The notes beneath the pieces were generated by a model, which did no database searches, was not told the DNA's origin, and was given only the letters and a program-made list of their open reading frames with translations. The position numbers and the translations under genes were made by a program. 64,000 nt of DNA from Monocercomonoides exilis PA203 (Eukaryota > Protista > Preaxostyla), in NCBI GenBank assembly GCA_001643675.2, contig LSRY02000002.1, forward strand, positions 1,116,001 to 1,180,000, read 5' to 3'. How positions within the stretch are numbered: the stretch's first letter is position 1; each line of letters opens with the position of its first letter. This document shows, in pieces, positions 51,908-64,000 of this stretch.

Positions 51908-54388
51908 ATGTCTTTTTGAAACCTCAATCAACTCTTAACTCTAGATCGAAAATTCTTTGGAAAGAAATTGAACGCATCGGTGGAGATGATATTGATTCAT
52001 TGCTTGTCTATCTATTTTACAACTACAGGCAATCATCTTCAGTAATTAACGATTTGTTGAAGTCAATAAACGGTTTGATTATTTTTTAGTTAAGTTTTAT
52101 ATTGTAAAATTTATGGACTGTCATTGTTGTCATTTTCTTATTTATTTGCTAATTATTTTTATTTATAAACAGAATATCATATAAAGCTGCTGGAAGACCT
52201 GTCTGTGGTGTACAACAACGCTCCGTTGCACACTCAGACAACAATGCTGCAAGCGCTTTCCCGCAACACATCATTGTCCGATTTACTGGACTACGGATAT
52301 GATGTCACAGAGGGAAAATTTATTTACGCGAAGCAAACACTGAAGAAAAACCAAGGATTTATTATTCCGCCTCAAAAACCTCATCTTCCGTCTTGCAAAA
52401 GTGGTTTGTATTTATTTAAATTATTTTAAATAATGTTCTCTTTTTTCCTAAGGCTTAAATGAACAGGATTGGGAAAAGGGCAACAACTGGATGTTGGCCC
52501 ATTCAACTGAAGCTTCAACTTCGCTTCAGTCAGCAAAAAAAAAGCAGCGAGCTGAGCCAGATTACTCAAGATTTATTGACGAAGCAGCGTGGGATGAAGA
52601 AATAATTACGGAAAATTCTTCTTCAAATAAAAAACAATCTTCTTCTTCTTCAACATCATCTCAACAAAATAAAAAATCGAATCCCATTTCAGAAAATAAT
52701 TCTCCATCTTCAAATTCAACTTCTTCTCAAGCTGTTGATGCTCCAATCAGTACTCCAATTAGGAGAGAAAGGGGTTCAACAAAAATAAAAACAAATAAAT
52801 CACAGCATAAACGTCATTCATCTCCTTCACCAATTCCAATTCACAAACTTTTCAAAACAAAAAAATCAACATATTCCTCTTCTTCCTCTTCTTCCTCTTC
52901 TTCCTCTTCTTCCTCTTCTTCCTCTTCTTCCTCTTCTTCCTCATCCTCCTCATCCTCCTCATCCCCCTCATCCCCCTCATCCTCCTCATCCTCCTCATCT
53001 TCCAAAAAGCAACAAGAAGAATCAAAAAATTCTTCTCACATCGAAAAATCTTCAATATCCTTTCGCAACGATGATGTGTGGGTGAGTGATCAATTAGTCG
53101 AATATGCCACTTCACCCACTCTTATTCCTCCTCAAGCATTCCAAAATCTTCTTTCGTTATTTTCAAAAGAAATCAACACTTCATCTTCTCAACATAATAC
53201 ACAAACAGATGATAGTGATTTATCGCTTTGTGATAATTTTGCACAAACCATGTCAAACAGCAATGCAATGGATGTTCTTCCTGCAATTCAATCTCCTTTC
53301 ATCTCTCTGTCTTCTTCTCATTCTTATGATTCTTCAAAAACATTATCAAAACTGTCAAAAGGATTACCGAATTTGGGAAACACCTGCTATTTTGCTTCTC
53401 TTCTTCAATGCTTCTCTTCTGTAATGTCACAAAAACCATCTTTATTCAAAAACGATCAACAACAAAGAGCATATCTTCTCGTGTTTTAAGTGTATGCAAT
53501 CAACTATCCAAAGATGGAAATGAAATTCGTTCGTGGGTCCCATCGCTTATTAATAAATGGGAAAAATATTGCAACTATGGCTGCAGGCAGCAACAGAATG
53601 TGATAGAAGCATTTGAAAATCTTCATCAACTTCTTCAAATTAATAAGATATTAGAAAAGGATACCTTCAATCCTGTGCTCATTACTCATTTCAAATGTCA
53701 AAAATGTCAAAAAGTTTCTAATCATTTCAATGAAGCCTGCAGTAATGTTATCATTAATTCATCATCTCCTCATAAAGGTCTATCTTCTATCTTTTCAACT
53801 GAGATATTGAACGGAAAAAATGCTGTCTATTGCAACGATTGCAAAGAGAAATGCTGTGCTGCGAGATGGGAGGAAATGGCTGCATTTCCAGACGTGCTGG
53901 CCCTCTGTCACGAATGCACTGATTCTGCTAGCTCTGCTCCTTCGCGAACTCTTCTGATTGAAACAGATCGTGTTTACAAGCGAACATTTATCAAAGGGTT
54001 TTTAACAGAAAGTATTCAACATCTCCAAAAGAACAATAATGAAATCATCATATATCATCTTGTTGGGCAAATTCTTTTTCAGCGTCTGGATCAACAAAAT
54101 GGGCATTACATTGCAGTTGTGAAAAGGAAGGCAGGAAGAGAGGCACTGTGGAATATTTGCAACGATTCTGATGTACTTGAATTGGACAAAGAAAACTGGA
54201 CAAAGGAATGGAAGGATCTTTATGCTCAAGGTTTCACTCCTTCGCTCTCATTCTATTTCAAAGAAAAAACCAAACCAACTTTTTCATCAATTCAATTTGG
54301 TGGTTCTTTTTCTTCTTCTTCAGAAACATTAGATTTAAACTATTTAAATAACACATCATCATCAACAACAACAACATCGTCGTCTTCG

Positions 54389-54438
<50 letters not shown>

Positions 54439-55834
54439 GTCGTCGTCGTCGTCGTCGTCATCGTCTCCATTCATCACTCCACCTCATCGTTCAACTTTCA
54501 TTCCTCCACTTTCTTCGTCAATTTCAACAAGATATGGATTGGAAGCTTTGAAAGATAAAAGAAAGAAAACGGGCATCTTTTCTCCCAATGAAAAGAGATT
54601 AATCTTCAAGCCCAAGACGAAATTATGGAGTGAGTTCACAGAAGAAACAAACATCAAAGTTTCTCTGTCACATTTCTACAAACTCACTACTAACTTCTCG
54701 AAAGCGAAAAGGCGCACAGATCTCTGTGGCATGTGTGAGAAACTCAACTATCTGGAAAACAAATTAAAGTCATCTCAAAACAAAAATGGACTTTCTTCTG
54801 CTGAGTTTCATACACTAAAATTACTTCGTCAACATCGACTTGTTGCAGAAATGCAACGAAAACATTATCAATCAACTGTCGACAATCTGAAAGAGGGAGA
54901 AGCAGTCTTCGTCTTCGACTTCAAAGAGAAATGGAAACTCCCTATCGGAAAGAACCAACTTCAACAGGAATTCTTTAATTACCAACAAGTCTCTCAATTC
55001 ACAATCATTTCTCTTCAAAAAATAAATAATCAACAAATTAAAAGAACTTTCAACTTCTTCTCCGACTGCCTTTCAAATGATCACAGATTTGTTATTGAGT
55101 GTCTGGAATCTGTGATCAAAAGACACTTCTTCTCAGACACTCATACTTTTAAGTTCTTCTGCGATTCAGGTCCACACAACCGAAATCGCTTCCTTCTTCA
55201 CTTCATCCTATCCAAACAATCAAAACTTTTGAAAAAGAAAAACACTCAACTCAACTTCTTCGCTGAGCACCATGGAAAAAATATTTGCGATAGTGAATTT
55301 GGTGCACTTGTGAACACAATCAACAACAACATATCAACTGAACACATCACCACACTTCATGACTTAATCAACTTCTTCGACAACAATATGAATGTTTCAA
55401 CATCTGCTTCTTCGACATCACAACAAGACATTTTTGAATCATCCTCAACCAATTCTTCTCCATCAACATCAACTGTCAATAACTCTGTGCATGAGAGGTA
55501 CTTTGAAGAGTATGTACCATCTCAGCAAATTTCATGGCCATCTCTGTCAGTCCCTCACATGAAGGACTACTTGTATTTTGAGCGCAAGGGCTCATTTGTC
55601 TGTGCTTCAGCTGTTGGATATCTTCCTCAACGCTCTCTGGTTGCCCTCGAATCTTCGACAATTAAAGAAAAAGTGCAACGTTCAAGAAAGACCTTCAACT
55701 CTGGTAACACATCATCTAACTCTTCTCTTCTTTCTCAATCTTCTCAAGATCTTCTTTCAAGGAGATTTGAGCTTCTTCTTGACTCTTCTTCTTTTAATGA
55801 ATCTCAAAATTGTATTAATGGTGTTCCCTATTAA
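51908..55834 (+). CDS. Sola2-like DDD transposase with an internal USP (peptidase C19) domain; two introns and two apparent frameshifts
   Basis: Introns 52073-52172 and 52404-52452 (GTTTG..AG) join open frames. USP: GLPNLGNTCY (Cys 53385), QQQNVIE, CQKC/CNDC, GHYIA (His 54104), WNICNDSDV. Transposase: KRRTDLCGMCE..H, FDFKEK (D 54917), FSDCLSND, FCDSGPHNRN (D 55163), FFAEHHGKNICDSEFG (D 55289). Confidence 0.82.
52875..53003 (+). repeat. (TCCTCT/TCCTCA)-type poly-Ser coding repeat upstream of the USP domain
   Basis: Directly visible. Confidence 0.9.
54353..54466 (+). repeat. (TCA/TCG)n poly-Ser linker downstream of the USP domain
   Basis: Directly visible. Confidence 0.9.
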
Positions 55835-56903
55835 GAAACTAGTTGTTGTGTATGCTCAGCTGGCACTCGATCGGAAGGGTGCTGGACATGACTGTTCGTA
55901 TTAGATATTGCAGCCTTCGGGCTGCTTTATCCGGACCTGGATACGACGAACAGCCTCCCAGGTACACAATAGTTAGAATCCGATTGTTTTCTTTTGGTTA
56001 TTGTCCCAATATTGTCCCTATTTATTTCTTGGTTATTGTCCCGCTTATATATGTATTTATCGAGATTCATTAATAGAGAGTGTTGTGAAGGAATTCATTG
56101 ATCTTTGACTGAGGTTTTTGGAAGGGAGAGTTGTTGAAAGTGTGAAATGTTGGCTTATCATTGTGTCTGTCTTTTTTCAATGTTGGATTTGATCTTTTTG
56201 AGTCAAAGTGAGAGAAATATCAGAAAGTGCAGAGTGGATGGAAAACAGAGGGAAAATAGACAAGTTAGTTTTTGAACTTTTTGTATAAGTTTTCTTTTTT
56301 GTTAGGAATTGTCTTTGATACCATGAATTTGTTGATATAGTAATGCTTTTTATTGAATCTTTTTTTGTTCAGAATTTTTGGTTATTTGATAATGATGAGT
56401 GAGAATTTCGAGAGAATGAAATTGAAAGTGAATAAGTTTGTGTTAGCTTGAATGAACAAGACGTTAATATTGTTTATTTTGTTTATCGTTTGATGTTGCG
56501 AAAAGTTTTTTGAAATTGTTTTTATTTGTTTTGTTTTGTTTTTCAAGTGTTTCAGTTTTTATGTTTGTTTGTTGTTGTTTCAAAGAACCAACTCATTTAT
56601 TTCGAAATATTTTTAACATTGTGCACAGCGAACTAATTTTATTATTTGAAATGTTTTTGTTAACAATAATGAACAACAATAATGTGAAAAAATCAAATCA
56701 ACTGATTTCATCAAGGATTTGAAAAAACAATGAAAAAATTTATATTGCAATTAAGAGTGAATATACAGCTAAGAATTCTTATCCATTAAAAATAAACGAA
56801 ACGAAAAATTATCATCTCATCAACGAACAGATTAAATTAAAAAATATATATATAAAACACAAAAATTTCTTAAAAAAAAAAAAAAGGAAATTTCATGCAA
56901 ATC

Positions 56904-58154
56904 CAAATAATTATGGATCTGATCATAAGGAAAAAATATTTTTAAGGTATCCCACGAGGGTCACACCTTGGGTGGCATTTTTTTCGCATGAATCGATTTG
57001 TTAGAATGACTGTGTGTGAAATATGTCAAAAAAAGGGGTACCAAGGTGTGACCTCTTTTTCGAAAAATGTATCTCAAATTTTCAGATCAAAAATCTATGA
57101 AAATTTTTCGCTTTTTTGTTCTTTCAAGAACGAGAAAATGCTTATATTCTATTAGTGTTCATACGCTTCATAATTATTAAAACAACAATATTCATTAAAA
57201 ATGATTAAAAAAAATGTGTGTTTAGAACTTTTTTCAATGAGAAAAAATTCCATAACTTTATTTCAAAATGTTCTTTCAACAATTTTTCTCACATTGACGT
57301 TGCATCGAGGTTTGTTATTTGTTATCATATGAGGAAAACACATGTTTTTTAAACAAATCTTTTTCATAGACAATCAATAGGTGTTCTTTCTTTTGTTTTT
57401 AATGAAAATATTTATATGATTGATATGCCAAAGAATAATTGCTAATAAAAGGCAGAGAAGGAAGTTTGGTATTTATTTATTATTTCTATATATGATTATT
57501 TTTTATTGACCGTTTTTATTCTTTCTTTCAGGGCAGGAGGCAGAAATGAATGAAAATGAATGAAGGCGGGATATCTCGTTGTGCAGGGTGACCATAAAGT
57601 TGGGAGAGCGAATTCATATGGAAAGTGCCCAGGGTGAAGGGATTGGGAAGGAATTTGGAATGATATTTTCAGACGAGAAACAAGGATATTTTTCAATGAG
57701 AAAGATGAAATTGAAGAAAATACATAAGTTTCACATTTTTCAGAAGAGAGGGAAATCGATGCATTTGATGGGAAAATGACTTCCGGAAAGGACGATTAGA
57801 AAATCAGAAAAGAAATATTTGAAAATGGAAGGAATAAAGAATTTTTATTGGAGGGAAACAGTGTGCAATGGAATATAAAACAGAAAATTCCATATAAAAA
57901 TGTTTAGAAGGTTTGTTGAATATTTTTTGAAGTGATTATTATTTTTTCATTCAGGATGTTGAAAAAGCGAAGGATTATATGGCTTTGAAGAAGAAGAAGA
58001 AAAGTGGGGAAGAACAAATAAAGACGAACAAATGAAATTCAAGAAATTTCGAAGATGCCTGGAATTGGGCTTTGGCGAAGAATAGTTTTTGAGAAAAGAT
58101 GATTTTTTGTGAAAGAAGGGGAATTGAAAGCTTGAAAGATGAAATCAAAAAGAG
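56904..58154. repeat. Right arm of ~1.25-kb inverted repeat
   Basis: Reverse complement of 49831-51079. Confidence 0.97.
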
Positions 58155-58381
58155 GAAAAAAGGAATTGTCACATGTTTATTATTTGCATCAGCGAGAGAA
58201 AGAAGATAAAGAAGAATTAATGATGAATTTGGTGAACAGTGTTACAAGAAGAACAAAAAAAATGGAAGAAGAAAAAAAGAATTATCATTTCATTGAATTT
58301 CTCCATTAATTATAATTTGCATTAATCTTCAAAATCTTCGATCTTCAAAAACCTCATAATTACACTTCTCCTTTTTCAACA

Positions 58382-61300
58382 GACGAGGCAAAACCACATC
58401 ACATGCCTTCTCCTTCTTCCTTATCTTCTTCTTCTTCTTCTTCTTCTTCTTCTTCTTCTTCTTCTTCTTCTTCTTCTTCTTCTTCTTCTTCTTCTTCTTC
58501 TTTTTCTTCTTCTTCTTTTTCTTCTTCTTCTTCTTCTTCTTCTTCTTCTTCTTCTTCTTCTTCTTCCAAATCCACCACCGACTCTCGGTCAGAAGCGATG
58601 AGCGTGATGAAGAAGGAGCCGGAGATGAGCTTCGATTCGACTTCTCATTTTTCCTCCGAATGTTTCATGAACGGAGTGGTTGTTGGCATCCTTGAAGGCA
58701 TCGTGGCAGTGGGAAAGCACGGCATCTTTCAGAACAAGCAGCAGTGAAGAGAAATGGCAGGGAAACAGATGAGAAGAGCGAGAAAGAGAAAGAGAAGAAA
58801 AGAGGGAGATGGAAATGGAGAGGAAGAGGAGGAAGATAGAGGGAGATGAGATAAATATTAAGAGGAAGAAGGAGTAATGGGTGATTCAGAACCCAAAAAG
58901 CGAAGATACGAAGAAAGTGCAAAACGGAAGATATAGAAAGAAGAGAAGGAAGAACTGGGCAAGCTGCAAAAAGATAATTTTTACGAGTGTGAATCGAGCC
59001 ACTTTCGAGAGCAGGTGATCAAAGACACTGTGGAAAATAGGCTTAATGATGAAAGAGAACAAAATACCGAAAAGAAGGCAAAGCAAAAGGAGCACAAACA
59101 GAATTCGTCACGAGCGCAGGACATAGATACAAGAAATCATCGGAATACACCATCATTATCTTCTTCTTTTTCTCCACACAGCAATTCTCACAATCGATCT
59201 TCTTATTCAGTCTCCTTCTTCGAAGTGAGCGAAGATGAAAAAGACGAAGGAAACAACGAAGCAAACGACACTACAGATGGCTCAGATTATCCATAACATG
59301 CAAGGAAATCAGCAGAACGAGATGTTCGAATGGATTTTGGCTCATCCTGCGTCTTCAGAGCGAATCAAGTGCGACAAGCGCTGATGATGCAGCCAAGTGA
59401 GTTTGCAATATACAACTTTGTGGTATGTGCTTCGCAGATTGGATATGTTCCGTATGGAGAGGAAGAGGAAGAGACGGAGAAGAAGGAGATAGAGAGGAGG
59501 AAAATGAAGGAAAAACAGAAAAAGGACTGACTTGTCGAACTCCAAAGGGAGCACAAGGGATGAGAATGCAAAAAAACAGAGAGTGCCTTTTTATCACAAA
59601 ATATACAACAAAAGATGTACGTCAACATCATCATCACTTGCAAGTTTCGATAAATCTGACACAAATAAAAGCGAAAAATCTTCTTTTTCGTATTCTTATT
59701 CTTCATCCAGCGAAGTGATCTATACAGCCTGTTCTCCACACACATATTTTACCACAAATGACTTGGCGCGTCTGCTCTCTTCATTCAGCAACCATCCCAA
59801 ACGATTCTATCACAGCATAAACATTTTGGGAGGAGCTGTTTCTTCGATAAGGAGAACACATCACCAATTGATGGAAGATGATTCTGAAGTATCTTCATTT
59901 AATGAAAGCGTTGAAGAAGAAAAGAACAAAGAATTAGAATCATCTCAAAATCCAAAAAAAAACATTCACACAAATCTCAAAATCATACTTTTTTCTTCTT
60001 CTTCTTCTTCTCATTCTCTTTCTTCTCCTCCCTCATTATGCAGACCATCGTCTTCGTCTGATCAACCGACTTGCGTATGTGATGAGTGTGCGGACGCTGC
60101 ATGTGGTCGAGCAGTAAAACTTGACACGTTTTGTGCACTGGTTAAAAGAGCTGGTGAGATGTGAACTTGTGGAGAATAATAATGAGCAGGCAGACGTGGA
60201 GCAGGAGTAGGAGAAAGCAACATGGCGGAACAGAACGCGTTTTGAAGAAGGAGATGCAAAGAACAGGTGAAAGAGGAGAAGATGCTGAGCGCAGAAGAAA
60301 TAGCTTCCTCTTTTGATAATTTTATTTCAAAAGTTAAATGCGATGGAGAAACGAATGGGATGAGTCAGCTTGGCAACTTGAGTGATAACAATAAACTTGA
60401 TTCTGCGACTCAATCAGAAGAATTCAGCAACTTTCAGATAGTGCTTGGCAGGAAAGGCGACTTTGCTCAGCCTCCAGAAGTTCATTTTGCCTCTTCTGCT
60501 ATTCTCAACTGCAACTCCGTATTCATTCACAGGCACAGAATAAACAGCAACATACTCATTCTTCTTCTCTTCCTCCTTCCTCTGCTTTTCCACTTGGTTT
60601 GCTTTCTTCCTATTCTACATGTCTTCATCCACACAGAAGAAGGGCTGGCCATCAGATGAAGAGTTCTGTTGAGCCAGAGGCAAAAGGGAAAAATGAATTT
60701 TTTTTTATCAAAAGAATACTGATTCATTTTGTTGAGTGCTCAGATTGAAAGGGACAGAAAGAGGAGAAAATGAAGAGGTGAAATGATGATTTGGAAGATG
60801 AAGGAGGTCGAGGAAATGAGGGAGATTGAGGTGAATTGCCATCAAAGCAGATGAAAGGAGGTTATAAAAGGAAATTAGAAAAGAAATTAACAAAGAACTT
60901 GTAAAAGTCAGAAAAGAAAACGAAGAAGAAGAGAGTGAGAGTGAAAGAGAAGGAAGAAGATGCTGAGAAGGATACGCAAACACGAAAACCTCAGAATCTT
61001 TAGAAGGACCATTTGATGACCAAATTTATTCGTCCAAATCTGATTAATTTGAAGGAGCGGCTGCTGAAAGAACGGAGCAGCAAAAATTTTGTCTTCTTTT
61101 ATATCATCTTCCTTCTAATCGTCATCACGGCCAGTTGATTGTGAGGCAACTGAATGTTGCTATGTCCAAATATCTTGCTCTTTTGCTACCTCTTCTTCGG
61201 ATGTGGAGAAAGAAGCAGAAGATGAAACATGTTCAAATGCAACTTCGATCACTTTCATTACAAATGCTCTTTTGACTGCCACCAATCTTTTTTCTTCTTC

Positions 61301-63735
61301 TTCTTCTTCTTCTTCTTCATCGTCCTCCTCCTCTTCCTCCTCTTCTGTTTCTTCTTCTTCATAATCTTCATAATCTTCTACTTCTTCCTCTTCTTCCTCT
61401 TCTTTTTTCTTTTTTCTTCTCATTCTTCTCTCGCTTCTTCCTCTTCTTTTTCATGCACTTAAACATCATATCACATTGCTTTATCATTGTCAGCACATAT
61501 TTCATATGATTGGATTTCTTCTTTTTTTTTCCTCATCTTTATATGGGATGATTACAGAAAGAAAGAAGAAGGGTATTTCTGAAGAAAAAAAAACAGTTGA
61601 AAATGAGAAGAAGATTGAAAAGTCAATGAAGAGAATAAAGATGAAGAGATAGAAGAATTCGTTTTGACAGGATATGATGAATGGAAATTGGTAAGTGAAA
61701 ATTGCTGAGATTTTAAAAAATGAGGAAGTCAAATGGAAATGGGGAGAAGTTGGAGGAGAAGAAGATGATGAACCAGAACAAGAAACAATGTGTCAGGAAG
61801 GAATACGTTGAATATCTGAATCATTCTATCTGTTGCTTCTTTTTCATGAGCGTTATGGAGCGCAGATACGAAGAATGTGGAAGTGCGCTGAGATGTGATA
61901 CAGTTGAGGGAACATTCGCGGCTGAGAAGCCACGAGGAGGTGCGGGAGAGCATGCCATTACCTCTCCAGGGAAAGGCAATAATGAGAGAACAGCGAGAAG
62001 GAGGTGAAGTTTTAGCAAGCGGATTAATTATTTGGGAAGACGGGGCTATTAGTGAACTTACAGCAGTTGATACAAGCACGTGTTTCTGTGGAGACTATGT
62101 TCGGCTGTTCTTCTTTTGTAATGAATCAGAAAGGCTCTTCATTCACAGACACTTTCTTATGAATCAGATACAGTGTCCAATTGATACTTGTTGTAGCTGC
62201 CGAGTGAATCCATTTATTGAGCATGTCTCGAGTACAGCTAAAGGTTAATGGATAAACGCGACTGCACTCCCAAAGGATGTAGAAGTTCCGTTTTGGAGAA
62301 TGGTGCAGTTTGAGATACACTAAAGCCATGCTGCTGTTTCAGTCATAAATGTTGCTGATAAGGTTTCCAATCAAGATGGAAGTTAAGACGGAGTGCATCA
62401 AGCTGAAGGGACTTTCTGATATTTCAATTCCAAAAAGATAAATAAGAACAATTATACTGCTTTCAATTGCGATATACGTTGAGATAAGATGATGTACTGA
62501 ACTATTGGATTCATCATCAAAAGCGAATTCGATTGAAGCAGCGTTTTGTGCAGAGATGTTGATGTTGGAGAGAAAGACGCAGGAATTGGGAAGAGCACGA
62601 AGATCTGATTGGAAGAGGCTCAGATATCCTCTTCAAGCACAAAGAAGTATGTGGTTGAGGTGAAGATGCTTGTCGGAAGGAGAAAGGAGAGAGGAGGACA
62701 CAGCAAAAGATTCGTTGAAAAGGCAGAAAAATGAAGACTGGAAATACACGAAGAATTAATGGAAGGAGATGTGGCAGTATGAAAGGGTGCAAAAGTTGCG
62801 AAATGCAACAACAATGAGATGGTGGTGACGAAGTGAACAGGAACAAGACTTCACAAGATAGATCCAACTCCTATGTTGGAAAGGCAATTCTGGCTGTCAT
62901 TTTCAATCACTGTTGTGAAGATGAAGGAACAGGGTGAAAGCGGGGAGCTGTAATGGTGCGCAGAGGAGCCGATGTCTTGATTGACAAATATATGGTAGGC
63001 GTTGTAGAATATGATGAAGGTGACTTTGTTGAAGTCGAGATCGGGGTTGGGGTCTGTGTGGGAGAAGTCAAACTCGCAGATTGATGTGTTTCAAGCGAAA
63101 GAATGCTGAGTGAAGCCGAAGGGAAAGAGGGACTCGTTGATTTGGGCGGGGATGGAGGAGTGTCGGAGAAAGAGTTCCTTTCCCCTGAATACATGATTCA
63201 AGACGAAGTTGAAGTTGAGGATGCATTCGGACAAGTGCAGCCACAACTTCTCGCAGTTGAGGAACACCATTGCAACTCTGCCCTCGGAAGACTCTTCGCT
63301 CACATAACTGGTGAACACGTACGCCTCAGAAGCGCAGTCAAAGGCACATCACCTTACCAAATTAACACAAGAGCTGCTTAGTTGGATGAGCGCACAATGT
63401 TGGTATTATTGGAGGAGTGAAAACCGATTATTGTACTTTGATCTGGGGCAGACAAGCCAGCCAGAGAAGCGGAGCCATCCAGAGCAGATGGGCAGATAGC
63501 CACGAGGGAATTGCTAGGGAGCCAAGAGGTTGAGACTGAGAGGAATTCAAGTTTAGCTGAAGTGGATGCAGAAAAGGATGCGATAATGATGAAGAGGCGA
63601 GGGAGTAGCTTTCGAGAGACGTACGCTCTTCTGCTACATCAACCATTGCATTCGAAAAGCTTTTTTGTTAAGCCCGTATGGAAAAGGAGCGTCGCGACAA
63701 AAGGAGAGGAGCATCAGGTGTGGATATCTGGATGA
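58382..63735. pseudogene. Mosaic of decayed coding-like fragments (mainly + strand; - strand at ~60.6-61.5 kb)
   Basis: Coding-like composition but only short ORFs with frequent stops. No domain recognised. Confidence 0.35.
58424..58566. repeat. (TCT)n microsatellite
   Basis: Directly visible, with two TTT interruptions. Confidence 0.95.
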
Positions 63736-64000
63736 AGGATAAGAGACGAGGAAGAAATGTGGAGAATCAACGGAGAAACGAAGGGAGGAAAATAAAATGA
63801 AGATGTTCGTGTGACAAAAGCATTTTTAGTGTTAAAAACAAATATAAACAAATTTCTATTCAATTTTTATTATTCTCTTTGTTATTTTTCTATATCTTTG
63901 TTTGATCAATTTATAAGAATAACTAATTTAAAGAATTTTTTGTTTCTAAACAAAAACAAACCAAACCGTTGTATATCTGATAAATATAATGTGTTTCTAT

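Larger units (their letters stand above)
49831..58154. mobile_element. Element D: Sola2-like DNA transposon / foldback structure carrying a transposase-USP fusion gene (alternative true ends 50928 and 57055)
   Basis: Long inverted arms flank a single DDD transposase gene. No TSD found at either candidate pair of ends. Confidence 0.75.

Noticed and set aside
55835-56010. GC-richer stretch after the transposase stop as a possible ncRNA or extra gene
   Set aside because: No recognisable RNA family, convincing hairpin or credible ORF could be supported by eye.
50204-57779. Duplicated 66-aa ORFs as real small genes
   Set aside because: They are by-products of the inverted arms, with non-ATG starts and no recognisable domain.
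49820-58165. Target-site duplication around the 1.25-kb arms
   Set aside because: Flanks GTCAAT and GAAAAA share no direct repeat, and diverged inverted homology continues outward.

Overview
AT-rich, intron-containing eukaryotic DNA in the standard genetic code. Gene families and low-complexity style suggest an oxymonad such as Monocercomonoides (inference). Layout: (1) 1-12.3 kb holds a coiled-coil gene and a 9.2-kb receptor-like beta-helix/TM/pseudokinase gene broken by two in-frame stops. (2) 12.6-24.8 kb is a transposon nest inside TTA/TTTA microsatellites: two tandem TIR elements with ATT flanks, one encoding a PIF/Harbinger/ISL2EU-type transposase, plus a nested 180-bp-TIR element with an 8-bp TSD. 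All three carry fragments resembling the giant surface-protein family. (3) 25-41 kb holds housekeeping genes: NPHP4, RPL32, Nab2/ZC3H14-like, bacterial-type RsmE, SH3-RhoGAP and a UBL. (4) 41-64 kb is decayed coding DNA around the most striking object: a spliced Sola2-like DDD transposase gene with a complete USP (peptidase C19) deubiquitinase domain inserted inside it, centred between ~1.25-kb near-perfect inverted arms. All family assignments come from motif recognition by eye; no searches were run.
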